From: Balanoglossus misakiensis
Taxonomy: Eukaryota; Animalia; Hemichordata
Direction of reading: 5' to 3'
DNA: 64,000 nucleotides
Assembly (NCBI GenBank): GCA_040954595.2
Contig: CM082591.2
Span: 6,996,047 to 7,060,046 of the forward strand
Both the position numbers and the translations under genes were made by a program. The stretch's first letter is position 1; every line of letters starts with the position of its first letter. This document shows positions 1-11,000 of the stretch, in pieces. The notes beneath the pieces were generated by a model, which did not search any database, was not told where the DNA came from, and worked only from the letters and a program-made list of their open reading frames with translations.

Positions 1-742
1 AAAGCTTGGATTCCTCGTGGACATCTTTTTGTTCGGGTTGATCACTCTCTTCAGTGGTCTCGACGTCATCTTGTGGTGTATGCCCGGTTTCATGTTTGTC
101 TTGGTCTTGGTCTTCTCGCTGGAGTTCTTGACTCTGTGTTGGTCTATTTGGCTTTGGTGGTAGTTTTGGGGGCGCCTTCTTTGGTCTGTCTTGTGAGGCA
201 GGTGATTGATCTTGCATTGCAAGCTTCTCGCCTGAATTTAGGGGTTGTTGTGGAGCGCTGTGCGACTGCTTGGTTTGTTCTGGTGTGACATGTTGATTGG
301 GGTCATCAGTGTGTTCCTGTGGTATTTCTGTCTCTGACTCGTTGGACTCTCTCCCGCTATTCAAAGTCAAGGTCGTTTTAAGTTCCGCCATCAGATTTCT
401 TAGTGCCTGTGGTTTATCTGTTGAAGATGTGCTATGTTCCTGGACTTGTTGGTCCGATTCAGTCTGTGGTTGAGATTCTGATGCTGCAGCGGAATTGCCA
501 GATGTGTCTTCGGCATCTGCCTCTTCCTGCATGGTCATCGACGCGCTTCCATCTTTCGTCTCTTGTTCCATGCTTTGATTGTCCCCACTTTGAATTGGGT
601 TAAATCCCGTCGTCTCAGTTGATTTATCGTCGAACTCTGAAATTTCCCAGACGTTGTTTCCATCAAGATCCTCGCCATGCTTAGCAAGAATGCTCCCTTC
701 CATGGCATCGGTGTTTTGGTTCGGGGTGGGCTCACTTTCGCA
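1..742 (-). CDS. Gene 1 large acidic/Gln/Pro-rich exon (incomplete)
   Basis: ~247 stop-free codons after the acceptor ttttag at 744-743, read by hand. Absent from the ORF track because it runs off the edge. Confidence 0.75.
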
Positions 743-3549
743 CTAAAACGAAAATTATGTTTTTACAGATTTTAGCATGCGGAGATCATTTGTATCAATT
801 CACAGTTGAGCCAATAGACCATTTTCAAAACTCCACAAAAACCTCCGAGATCGCGCATGGGTGGGCAGTTTATATGACAGGGCGGGCATTCTCACGTGAC
901 ACAGGACAAACAATGCATGGCCCGCCGCGTTAAATGGCACAAAAGTAACAAGTTTTGTTCAACTCTGCGCCTTTTCTAGTTTCATACAAAGTCTGTCTTG
1001 TATAACTTGACTGGCAACCCGTTGCTGTGGATCAATTTGGATGGACTGATTTACACACATTCGAAACAGCATAAAACCTTCACTTTTACACATTCACTCT
1101 CTGAATCGCGTCTCTTCTAAAGAGAGTAGTCGCCCATTCATCCGTCATGGGAAATAGAAATTGAAGTGTCCCTTGAATAACCTTTAGTCAACACAATGAC
1201 CAGTTCCACTGTTTGTCTGCGTATGACCTTTTACCTCCGGGTTGTGTCACTAAAATACAGTCACTGTGATATATTGTGATGTTCAGTCTAAATGAGGCCG
1301 CGTGAACAGTCCGACTTGCGCGCCCACCCGACAGCAGAAATACCAATGTCGCCAAGCTGGTTTGACATTTAACGATAAGAACAGCCTAAGCTAACATGGA
1401 CAACAAAGCGAAACGTTTCGAAAAGCTATTTCAGGATATCGATTAGTGGCATTGGTGCACAACTCGAGATGGTTTACCTTATCAGGAACAATGGTGCGGC
1501 GACCAGCTTGTTCCTCCTCTCTTGTCCCATACTCATGAAATATTCCGCCATTATCTCCCTATATTTTGCTACCCACCTTTTCTGTTTCCACCCTCGCGTT
1601 TTCATCTTTTTCCATATTTGCTTCTTCAAGTTGCCCAACCGTCTGCTCTGTTTCTTCCTCCGTGTACGGATTTATAGCAACGGGAACTTTAAATCCACCG
1701 AAATTGATCCGTGGCCTAGAGAAATCCGATGTTATGTCTAAAAAGTAAAACGTATTACCACAATTTAGTAAAAAAACAAAACAAGTGTAAGATAGTACTT
1801 CCGCAAAAATTATGTTATTTCATTTTTTTCCAGTGTGTATAATGTGTGCCTAATGCACATTTCTCTAGTAAAAATCAAGTCCCGCGACCACAGTCCCCGA
1901 TGACAGTGTATTTTGCACATCGTTCCCAATCTCAAGCTGTCTTAAAAGTTGCCTGGATGTAAAATTCCTGGCTTTTAAGGCTGCATTCACAAACACCTCT
2001 GGAGGGGGGGGGGGGCGGGCGGGAGAAATTTTGAAATCCCCCCCCCATTTTCTTTCACACAGCAAAACACATCACCTATCTATCTTGTAAAAAAAGAAAA
2101 ACAGCGCTCCCATGAAAAGAATTTGAAACTGATGTTTTCCGTTATCAGTGGGTATTAAAACAGAACATTGTTTATATTTTTGAAGTATTTGTATTCTGTG
2201 TTGGCAGACATTGTAAACCGAGAAGTGAAGGGGAGTGGGTTTGGAAGCGGGTGTCCCCCTTCCACGTAAGAAAATTTTATGAATACAGAGCTCAAAGCTG
2301 CATTTTAATGAACCCAAAAGCAAATTAACTCAACTACCTGTATGTTGGGGATGACAAATTTAACCTTCGCCGCTCAAAGTTAGCATGGGGGGGGGGGGGG
2401 GCAAGTCCCCTGACCCGGGGCACTAGATAAACCAGTCAATGATTGAAAGGTGTTGATGAATGACGGGGGGTTGGTGTGGGAGGGGGTGTCCCCCTCCCGC
2501 ATAAGAAAAATGTGTATTATGAAGGGTTCAAAACTGCATTTTTGTGGACTCAAAATAAATATTTAGTCCTCAAAGTTTTCATGTCCCCCCCCCCTTTCAG
2601 TCCCTAAATTATTTCAAATCCCCCCATACATACCCTCAATTTTTTTCAAATCCCCCCCTCAATTCTCCCGCCGCCCCCCCCCCCCCTCCAGAGGTGTTTG
2701 TGAATGCAGCCTAAATGGGATCAGCACCACATTTAATGTAACAATTATCTGAATAGCCTATTATCATCTACGGAAGGGCTTCTTTCACTTGTGCCTTAGA
2801 CTGGGAATACCCTTGAATACAGAATTTCACAGCAAAACTATGACTTCCATTGTCATGACAGTTTTAAATTCCTGAATCAGTCGATCACAGGAGTGAGATG
2901 TTGTTGTTTTTTCATTATTTTTACCAACACACCTGATCACAATGTAAGTGGTGGGGGTTGAATACGAATTGACTGTTACCATTCTAAAGTGTATTTGTGG
3001 AAGTTAAGGCCAAATAAAAAATATGTGCTGTTCCGAATACCCGACCTACCCTAATTTTAGCCCACCGACCCTGAACTTTTAAGAGCTTCGTAAACCCGGA
3101 AGTAAAAACAACGTTACAAAATTTATGAAAATTGCGAGAATCGCGCAAGAACTATGGCGTCATTCTTCTACTCTACGACGGCCAAAGATATAAAATTAAA
3201 AATTACAAATAAAAAATTCCCTACCTACCCTATTTTTGAAAACCATGCAATCGGAACAGCACATATTTTTATTTGGCCTAAAGGTGTTATTACATATTAA
3301 AGCATGTCACAGAGAAAAGACTAGCTTACCTATCGGAGAATCGAACTGCACGATGAAAGCCCGTTCATGATCTCTGTCTGGATTGTCGTCATCCGCGCAG
3401 ACAGCAGCAGGGCGGACCGAGTTCACCTTGTTGAGTTTAAAGGTCTCTTCCTTGTTAAAGTAAGTTTTCAGTTTGCCGCCTACTGTATCGTCGTCAAAGT
3501 AAATGGGGATGCCGCCTGATACCAATATCGAGCGTGACATGACTGACAT
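1..3549 (-). CDS. Gene 1, partial and running off the left edge: RRM-like N-terminal domain (PARP14/PARP10/DTX3L-type) followed by an acidic low-complexity linker. Exons 3549-3330, 1737-1577, 742-<1
   Basis: Exon 1 MSVMSRSILVSGGIPIYFDDDTVGGKLKTYFNKEE...RAFIVQFDSPI ends G|gtaagc (phase 1). Exon 2 tttttag|ACATAACA...GAAAAG|gtgggt is 161 nt (phase 1 to 0). Exon 3 ttttag|TGCGAAAGT stays open to the window edge (CESEPTPNQNTDAMEGS...KKAPPKLPPKPNRP...). Phases are mutually consistent. The family call rests on motif resemblance only ('ILVSG...KLxxYF...AFIVQF'). Confidence 0.7.
1979..2711. mobile_element. Non-autonomous DNA transposon (MITE), TAA TSD, PIF/Harbinger-like
   Basis: TIRs GGCTGCATTCACAAACACCTCTGGAGGGGG.../...CCCCCTCCAGAGGTGTTTGTGAATGCAGCC, each flanked by TAA. 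Confidence 0.85.
3008..3278. mobile_element. MITE, TAA TSD, PIF/Harbinger-like
   Basis: TIRs GGCCAAATAAAAAATATGTGCTGTTCCGA / TCGGAACAGCACATATTTTTATTTGGCC, TAA on both sides. Confidence 0.85.
3330..3549 (-). CDS. Gene 1 first coding exon (RRM-like domain)
   Basis: ORF 3307..3549 interrupted by the donor ATAG|gtaagc at 3330/3329. Confidence 0.75.
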
Positions 3550-3956
3550 ACTGCATCAAAACTGACAGAGTTGCGCGTCTCTATGACTACCCCCACTACA
3601 GGGTGGCCCACTAAGTCGAATCGCGGCGGTGACGACTTAACATTGTTTTAAAAAACCTCTGGACTTGTCACACGTATTCATCTCGTGCGTTTTAATTCGG
3701 AGAATTACTCGACGGGCTATCGATTGTGATTGGATGTTTGCTGTCACAAGACCCAACTCATGACCACGCGGGTTTTCCCCCCACAGAATTTGTCCTACTT
3801 TCGTGGCGATTGCAAAGTGGCCGACAACAAGTGTTTGGAGATTGTAGATCTGCGAGTGGTTCATGTTCACTTGCGCGTATGCAGCAGCGTTGGTCACGTG
3901 AGCGGCGGACGTCGGTATTGTCGTCCGTTTTCCAGTCCTGACTATGATGTGTTTAA

Positions 3957-4176
3957 AGGGAAGGGGTCGTCGCGCCGCGTGGGTGTTCCCCCTTGTCGAG
4001 AATATGTCCTCCCATACCAGCACAAACCTCACTGCAGTCGCCACGACCAGCAAGGATCTTCAGTTGCTATCATGCCCAGTCTTTGCTACGGTTGGCTGCT
4101 TCGTTCATTCTAAAAATTATCTAATTTCAGGGATTTGTGGATGAACTGTAATGTAAGGCGCGACGACCCCTTCACT
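3957..4176. mobile_element. MITE, TTAA TSD, Kolobok-like (AG termini)
   Basis: ttaa|AGGGAAGGGGTCGTCGCGCC ... GGCGCGACGACCCCTTCACT|ttaa. Confidence 0.75.
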
Positions 4177-5062
4177 TTAAACCATGAACGCCCAATTTGC
4201 CCATCCTCGCCCCACCAGACTACGGATTTCTTTCGTTTCACTATCGAAATCATGTACTCTGGTTAAAATGGAGTACCGCGCTGGTATTTGAACATATTGG
4301 TAATGCATATTCATGAGATGACATCATTATAATCTGGCCAATCAATGCCCGTCTCTCAAGGAGAGCTGGGACAAGAGCACTTCTCAGAGCACTGCCACTG
4401 GAAGCCGCCATGTTGTTTAGAATGAGATGTAATGAGATGCGTGAATGGGATGTAACAAGCAATCTGATTGGTTGTTGGATGTACTGTGAAAGCGCCTAGA
4501 CCAAATACTGAATACATGGCCGTATTATACCACGGCCTTTTTGCGGGGAGCAGAGCGCTGCCGTAAAAGAGCCGTGGTTTGCGACGATGAATTTGCCTGT
4601 AACGTCTATTACCTTCAGACTCTCGGTATCATCAGCATGTCGACCCTGGGGAAATAGTGTGGGGGCTCTTGTGTCGCAGGGGCAGGGGAAGTGAACCACA
4701 GGCGAGGCCAAGTTCAGAGATCGCCATCAAAAATGAAACTTCATACGTGCTATATGGTATTCATGATTTGCCTTGAGGAAATGTATGATACAATTGCCTT
4801 GAGGAAATGTATGATACAAATGAGTGGTGTATTTTCAACACGTCTGTCTGTTTTGTTGAACCATAAAATGGTTGTATTTTGCTTGCGACCTTACACCTCT
4901 TTTCTGTGGGCAGCTTGATTCATTTCCTTCTGCATGATCCTGATAGGCCGTCATATAAAACGCCGAGTCTGTCCATGGTTTGCTGCACAGGGTTCAGATT
5001 GTTTATATACAGGCGTGGGCGTGTACAAAGGTCACAGCATTGTCATCGAGTAGTACGGTGAT

Positions 5063-5212
5063 ATTCTACGGCAGTCGCTGTGTCTGTCGATAAGGAATTA
5101 GAACTTTCATACTGCGTACGACGCGCTGCCAGGCAAAGCGTTGCGTCCATAGGACGTTCTTTACGTAACGCTGACGCGCATTTCAGTATCACACAGTCTT
5201 GGAGCAAGACTA
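5063..5212 (+). repeat. Interspersed repeat end (...CAGTATCACACAGTCTTGGAGCAAGACTA); related copies at ~34970-35080 and ~43483-43638
   Basis: Direct sequence similarity among three loci. Ends in AGACTA like the 9-bp-TSD MITE termini elsewhere in the window. Confidence 0.7.
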
Positions 5213-5213
5213 G

Positions 5214-5605
5214 CCTGAGCGCATAAGAAAGTTTTCCGGTAGACTCTGTAGATCGACGTTTTGTTCTAAAATATCCATGGATGCTTCCAAACACCGTCTC
5301 GTCATTTGCATATACCGTTGTGATGCGTAGAACACATAGGCCTGAGCGCATAAGAAAGTTTTCTGGTAGACTCTGTAGATCGAGGTTTTGTTCTAAAATA
5401 TCCATGGATGCTTCCAAACACCGTCTCGTCATTTACATATTCCGTTGTGATGCGTAGAACACATACGCCTGAGCGAAAAAGAAAGTTTTCCGGTAGTCTC
5501 TGTAGATCGACGTTTTGTTCTAAATATCCATGGATGCTTCCAAACACCGTCTCGTCATTTGCATATTCCGTTGTGATGCGTAGAACACATAGGCCTGAGC
5601 GCATA
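5214..5605 (+). repeat. Tandem repeat, ~127-bp unit x3
   Basis: CCTGAGCG(C/A)A... recurs at 5214, 5341, 5468 and 5594. Confidence 0.9.
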
Positions 5606-6060
5606 ATAATCTTTACGGCCCTGATACGGGTTTTGCGGCCCGAGGTCGTACGGCGGAAGGATACACCCACTAGACCAATTTGCTGGACGGCACCAAATCT
5701 CTGGCACATAATGTAAATGCTTGTTTAGAAAATCTGTCTTGTCATGTTTCCTGTCCGACAATCAACAAGTTCATACTAGTACTTCACAACGACGTGAAAT
5801 CAATCGATTTCCAGCTCTATGCGAGAAAAGGACATTCAACCACGGCCATCTTGATCCAATGCTTAATGCATGGCATTCATCAAACTACTTGATTGGCTAT
5901 CCCAATGATGACGTCAGAATATCGCAATGCATTCTTGGTAATAAGAAAAAAAATTGCGCCAAAACACCGAAAAAGTAACAACCCTAATGCCGAGAAAGAG
6001 AAAAAGTGAGCAAAAGCAAGCTCTTGGAAACTAATTACACTTTACATGTATGTTAGTCTA

Positions 6061-7692
6061 AAGGCCGAGTTACACGAGGCAACTCGGCAGGCAACTCGGT
6101 AGGCAATTCGACGCGCAACCCGAGTTGCCTACCGAGTTGCCTCGTGTGTATGATCTAGTCGCCTCAATGGAACGCGTCTGGCGACGTCGCCTCAAAATCC
6201 GTCATGTCGGATTTTCGGGCGACGAGTTGCCTGACGCGCAAGCTGTTGCCCCGCGTTACCACTTTGCCTCGAATAAATTTTGACATCTGCACATGCAAAA
6301 TTGGTGTTAATTTGTTATTTTACGAACCAGAAACTACAGACTGTAGACCTGTACACTTCCGAAAATATTGGGGAATAAGTATTTGCTATGAAATCGGATA
6401 TTTGTATGTATTTATAGTTCAATATTTCCATATAACTCACGTTTTGTTAAAGAAACTTTCAACTAATTATCTTGCCAGTGATGATATGAAAATAAACTAC
6501 TATTCAGTTTCGCGAAAATGGTTATGATGATTGACTCGACATTGATTGCATTTCCGATTTTTGGGGTACCGCAACCAAATATCATAACCGAATTTCAGAA
6601 TAATAAAACGCCAGCTTATGATTATCGCCCACAGTTCAAGAGTTCACAGCCAGTGTACATCATATATCTTTTTGGGCAAAACACGTGTCTATTTCGCCCG
6701 GTCATATCAACTTATAAATACAAATATAGTTCTATTTGTATTATTTTACATACAAACAAATCTTTCAATCAATATATTTCTTCTTTACAAAATATAGGCC
6801 TACTTCGTTCTTCTACAATGAAAAGTCCCACTTGTTATTACTTTCACTGTATTTCGAAACACGAATTTTGTATATTATCTATAACGTTTTTACAGATTGG
6901 CACGACTTTTGGCTCCGCATTTTTCACACATTTATATGATGTGCAGTTTGATAATTCAGTAATCTTAATGTTAAATTGCGCAACTTTCTTCAATTTCCCC
7001 ATAATCTACTCCCCTGTCTTACAAGGATTTAAACTCACCGGTTGATCTTTTATAAAAAAATAATACCTGGTTTCAAGTACATTTTATATAAAATTAAATT
7101 AAACTTAAGTTACTCCTGTTCTATTAAAAAATATTAAGTAACGTTTAAATTTTGTCTAATTTGGTATCACGATTAAAAAATCCGTATTCATCAATTAAAT
7201 TAAGCACCCAAGCTAGTTTTTTTTCTTTTAATACTGATATAGACTTGCATATCACCTGCTAACTGAGAACAAAAAATGTTTTTATTGATGAGGATACTGT
7301 TGAAGTGCGATACTAGTTAGTTTATTATGTCAATAGTAATACATGGTGGAGAAAGTATAGGTATTGTATGCAGTTGAAATTTGCAAACTTTTTTTGTAGT
7401 TTTTTCAAGAAAAAATACTCGGTCAGATGACCAGGTTGATCAGCTAAATCACAAGAATAATATATGCATGCTGTTGCCAGAATAACCACCAAATATTTAT
7501 GCATAATATCGAATAAAGATTGAATTGTCGATCGGCTACTGAGGCGGCTGCACATGCGCAGCCACTGTTTACGCGCAGCTAGTTGCCAGTCGAGTCGCTC
7601 CGTGTAACTGTTCGATGTAGCGTCGCGACTGGCGTTGCGCGTCGAGTTGCCCACCGAGTTGCCTACCGAGTTGCCTCGTGTAACTCGGCCTT
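6061..7692. mobile_element. ~1.6-kb non-autonomous DNA transposon with TA TSD and 12-bp subterminal repeats
   Basis: ta|AAGGCCGAGTTACACGAGGCAACTCGG... and ...CCGAGTTGCCTCGTGTAACTCGGCCTT|ta. Repeated AGGCAACTCGG motif in both ends, AT-rich non-coding interior. Confidence 0.85.
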
Positions 7693-7924
7693 TAGGCCAC
7701 GCCCAGGAATTGTATACCATGGCTGAGGCTACGAAAACACAAGTATTATAATGTGATGATAGGGACATCCTCTAGCTTTCCTCATGAAATACGTGAACGG
7801 GCAGCTACTTACATTGAATAATGAGTTAGAATACGTCACGGTTTGTTGAAATCACCGTTAGTATAGAAATATTTAACAGACAGTTTGGAACGTTTCTCTG
7901 TGGAGCGCCCTGGCATTTCAAAGT

Positions 7925-8017
7925 AAGAGACTCCGACCTGCCATATTTGTCGTATATATGTCGGAGACTCTCCGACCTGCCATATATGTTGTTCGGAGAC
8001 TCTCTGACCTGCCATAC
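7925..8017 (+). repeat. Short degenerate tandem repeat (GAGACTCTCCGACCTGCCATA core x3) abutting the satellite
   Basis: Three copies of GACTC(TC)(C/T)GACCTGCCATA directly before the array start. Confidence 0.75.
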
Positions 8018-8020
8018 TTG

Positions 8021-11000
8021 CAATTTCTTCATTTTTTTGAAAAAAATCATGGGTTATAGCTCATGAAAATCTTCCAGAAATGAAAATTTTTTGGCATTGC
8101 GGAATATCACAATTTCTTCATTTTTTTGAAAAAATCATGGGTTATAGCTCATGAAAATCGTCCAGAAATGACAATACCTCGACGTTGCGGAATATCAAAA
8201 TTTCTTCATTTTTTTAAAAAAATCATGGGTTATAGCTCATGAAAATCGTCCAGAAATGACAATATCTCGACTTTGCGGAATATCAAAATTTCTTCATTTT
8301 TTTGAAAAAATCATGGATTATAGCTCATGAAAATCGTCCAGAAATGACACTTTTTCGAATCTGCGGAATATCAAAATGTCTTCATTTTTTTGAAAAAATC
8401 ATGGGTTATAGCTCATGAAAATCGTCCAGAAATGACAATTTTTCGACTTTGCGGAATATCAAAATGTCTTCATTTTTTTTGAAAAAATCATGGGTTTATA
8501 GCTCATGAAAATCGTCCAGAAATGACAATTTCTCGACTTTGCGGAATATCAAAAATTCTTCTTTTGTTTGAAAAAATCATGGGTTATAGCTCATGAAAAT
8601 CGTCCAGAAATGACGATTTTTCGACTTTGCGGAATATCAAAATTTCTTCATTTTTTTTAAAAAATCATGGGTTATAGCTCATGAAAATCGTCCAGAAATG
8701 ACAATTTTTCGACTTTGCGGAATATCAAAATTTCTTCATTTGTTTGAAAAAAATCATGGGTTATAGCTCATGAAAATCGTCCAGAAATGACAATTTCTCG
8801 ACTTTGCGGAATATCAAAATTTCTTCATTTGTTTGAAAAAAATCATGGGTTATAGCTCATGAAAATCGTCCAGAAATGACAATACCTCGACGTTGCGGAA
8901 TATCAAAATTTCTTCATTTTTTTGAAAAAAGCATGGGTTATAGCTCATGAAAATCGTCCAGAAATGACAATATCTCGACTTTGCGGAATATCAAAATTTC
9001 TTAATTTTTTTGAAAAAATCATGGGTTTATAGCTCATGAAAATCGTCCAGAAATGACAATTTCTCGACTTTGCGGAATATCAAAAATTCTTCTTTTGTTT
9101 GAAAAAATCATGGGTTATAGCTCATGAAAATCGTCCAGAAATGACGATTTTTCGACTTTGCGGAATATCAAAATTTCTTCATTTTTTTTAAAAAATCATG
9201 GGTTATAGCTCATGAAAATCGTCCAGAAATGACAATTTTTCGACTTTGCGGAATATCAAAATTTCTTCATTTGTTTGAAAAAAATCATGGGTTATAGCTC
9301 ATGAAAATCGTCCAGAAATGACAATTTCTCGACTTTGCGGAATATCAAAATTTCTTCATTTGTTTGAAAAAAATCATGGGTTATAGCTCATGAAAATCGT
9401 CCAGAAATGACAATACCTCGACGTTGCGGAATATCAAAATTTCTTCATTTTTTTGAAAAAAGCATGGGTTATAGCTCATGAAAATCGTCCAGAAATGACA
9501 ATATCTCGACTTTGCGGAATATCAAAATTTCTTCATTTTTTTGAAAAAATCATGGATTATAGCTCATGAAAATCGTCCAGAAATGACACTTTTTCGAATC
9601 TGCGGAATATCAAAATGTCTTCATTTTTTTGAAAAAATCATGGTTTATAGCTCATGAAAATCGTCCAGAAATGACAATTTTTCGACTTTGCGGAATATCA
9701 AAATGTCTTCATTTTTTTTTGAAAAAATCATGGTTTTATAGCTCATGAAAATCGTCCAGAAATGACAATTTTTCGACTTTGCGGAATATCAAAATTTCTT
9801 CATTTTTTAAAAAAATCATGGGTTATAGCTCATGAAAATCGTCCAGAAATGACAATTTTTCGACTTTGCGGAATATCAAAATTTCTTCATTTGTTTGAAA
9901 AAAATCATGGGTTATAGCTCATGAAAATCGTCCAGAAATGACAATTTCTCGACTTTGCGGAATATCAAAATTTCTTCATTTGTTTGAAAAAAATCATGGG
10001 TTATAGCTCATGAAAATCGTCCAGAAATGACAATTTCTCGACTTTGCGAAATATCAAAATTTCTTCATTTGTTTGAAAAAATCATGGGTTATAGCTCATG
10101 AAAATCGTCCAGAAATGACAATTTTTCGACTTTGCGGAATATCAAAATTTCTTCATTTGTTTGAAAAAATCATGGGTTATAGCTCATGAAAATCGTCCAG
10201 AAATGACGATTTTTCGACTTTGCGGAATATCAAAATTTCTTCATTTATTTTTTAAATCATGGGTTATAGCTCATGAAAATCGTCCAGAAATGACAATTTT
10301 TCGACTTTGCGGAATATCAAAATTTCTTCATTTTGTTGAAAAAATCATGGGTTATAGCTCATGAAAATCGTCCAGAAATGACAATTTTTCGACTTTGCGG
10401 AATATCAAAATTTCATCATTTTTTAGAAAAAATCATGGGTTATAGCTCATGAAAATCGTCCAGAAATGACAATTTTTCGACTTTGCGGAATATCAAAATT
10501 TCTTCATTTGTTTGAAAAAATCATGGGTTATAGCTCATGAAAATCGTCCAGAAATGACAATTTTTCGACTTTGCGGAATATCAAAATTTCTTCATTTTTT
10601 TGAAAAAATAATGGGTTATAGCTCATGAAAATCGTCCAGAAATGACAATTTATCGACTTTGCGGAATATCAAAATTTCTTCATTTTTTAGAAAAAATCAT
10701 GGGTTATAGCTCATGAAAATCGTCCAGAAATGACAATTTTTCGACTTTGCGGAATATCAAAATTTCTTCATTTGTTTGAAAAAATCATGGGTTATAGCTC
10801 ATGAAAATCGTCCAGAAATGACGATTTTTCGACTTTGCGGAATATCAAAATTTCTTCATTTTTTTTCTAAATCATGGGTTATAGCTCATGAAAATCGTCC
10901 AGAAATGACGATTTTCGACTTTGCGGAATATCAAAATTTCTTCATTTTTTTAAAAAAATCATGGGTTATAGCTCATGAAAATCGTCCAGAAATGACAATA

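Noticed and set aside
3637-4918. Several short ORFs upstream of gene 1
   Set aside because: They overlap a MITE and promoter-like DNA, with no coherent coding signal
5043-5761. Overlapping 100-135 aa ORFs
   Set aside because: They derive from the 127-bp tandem repeat, with no recognisable domain or splice context
6204-7768. ORFs inside the 1.6-kb TIR element as a transposase
   Set aside because: AT-rich, with no DDE or DNA-binding motifs recognised
8045-8075. Recollected resemblance of CATGGGTTATAGCTCATGAAAATCG to a motif in Solanaceae subtelomeric satellites
   Set aside because: From memory only and unverifiable here; the match is short and the flanks are continuous with animal-type sequence. 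A BLASTN of the monomer would settle it.
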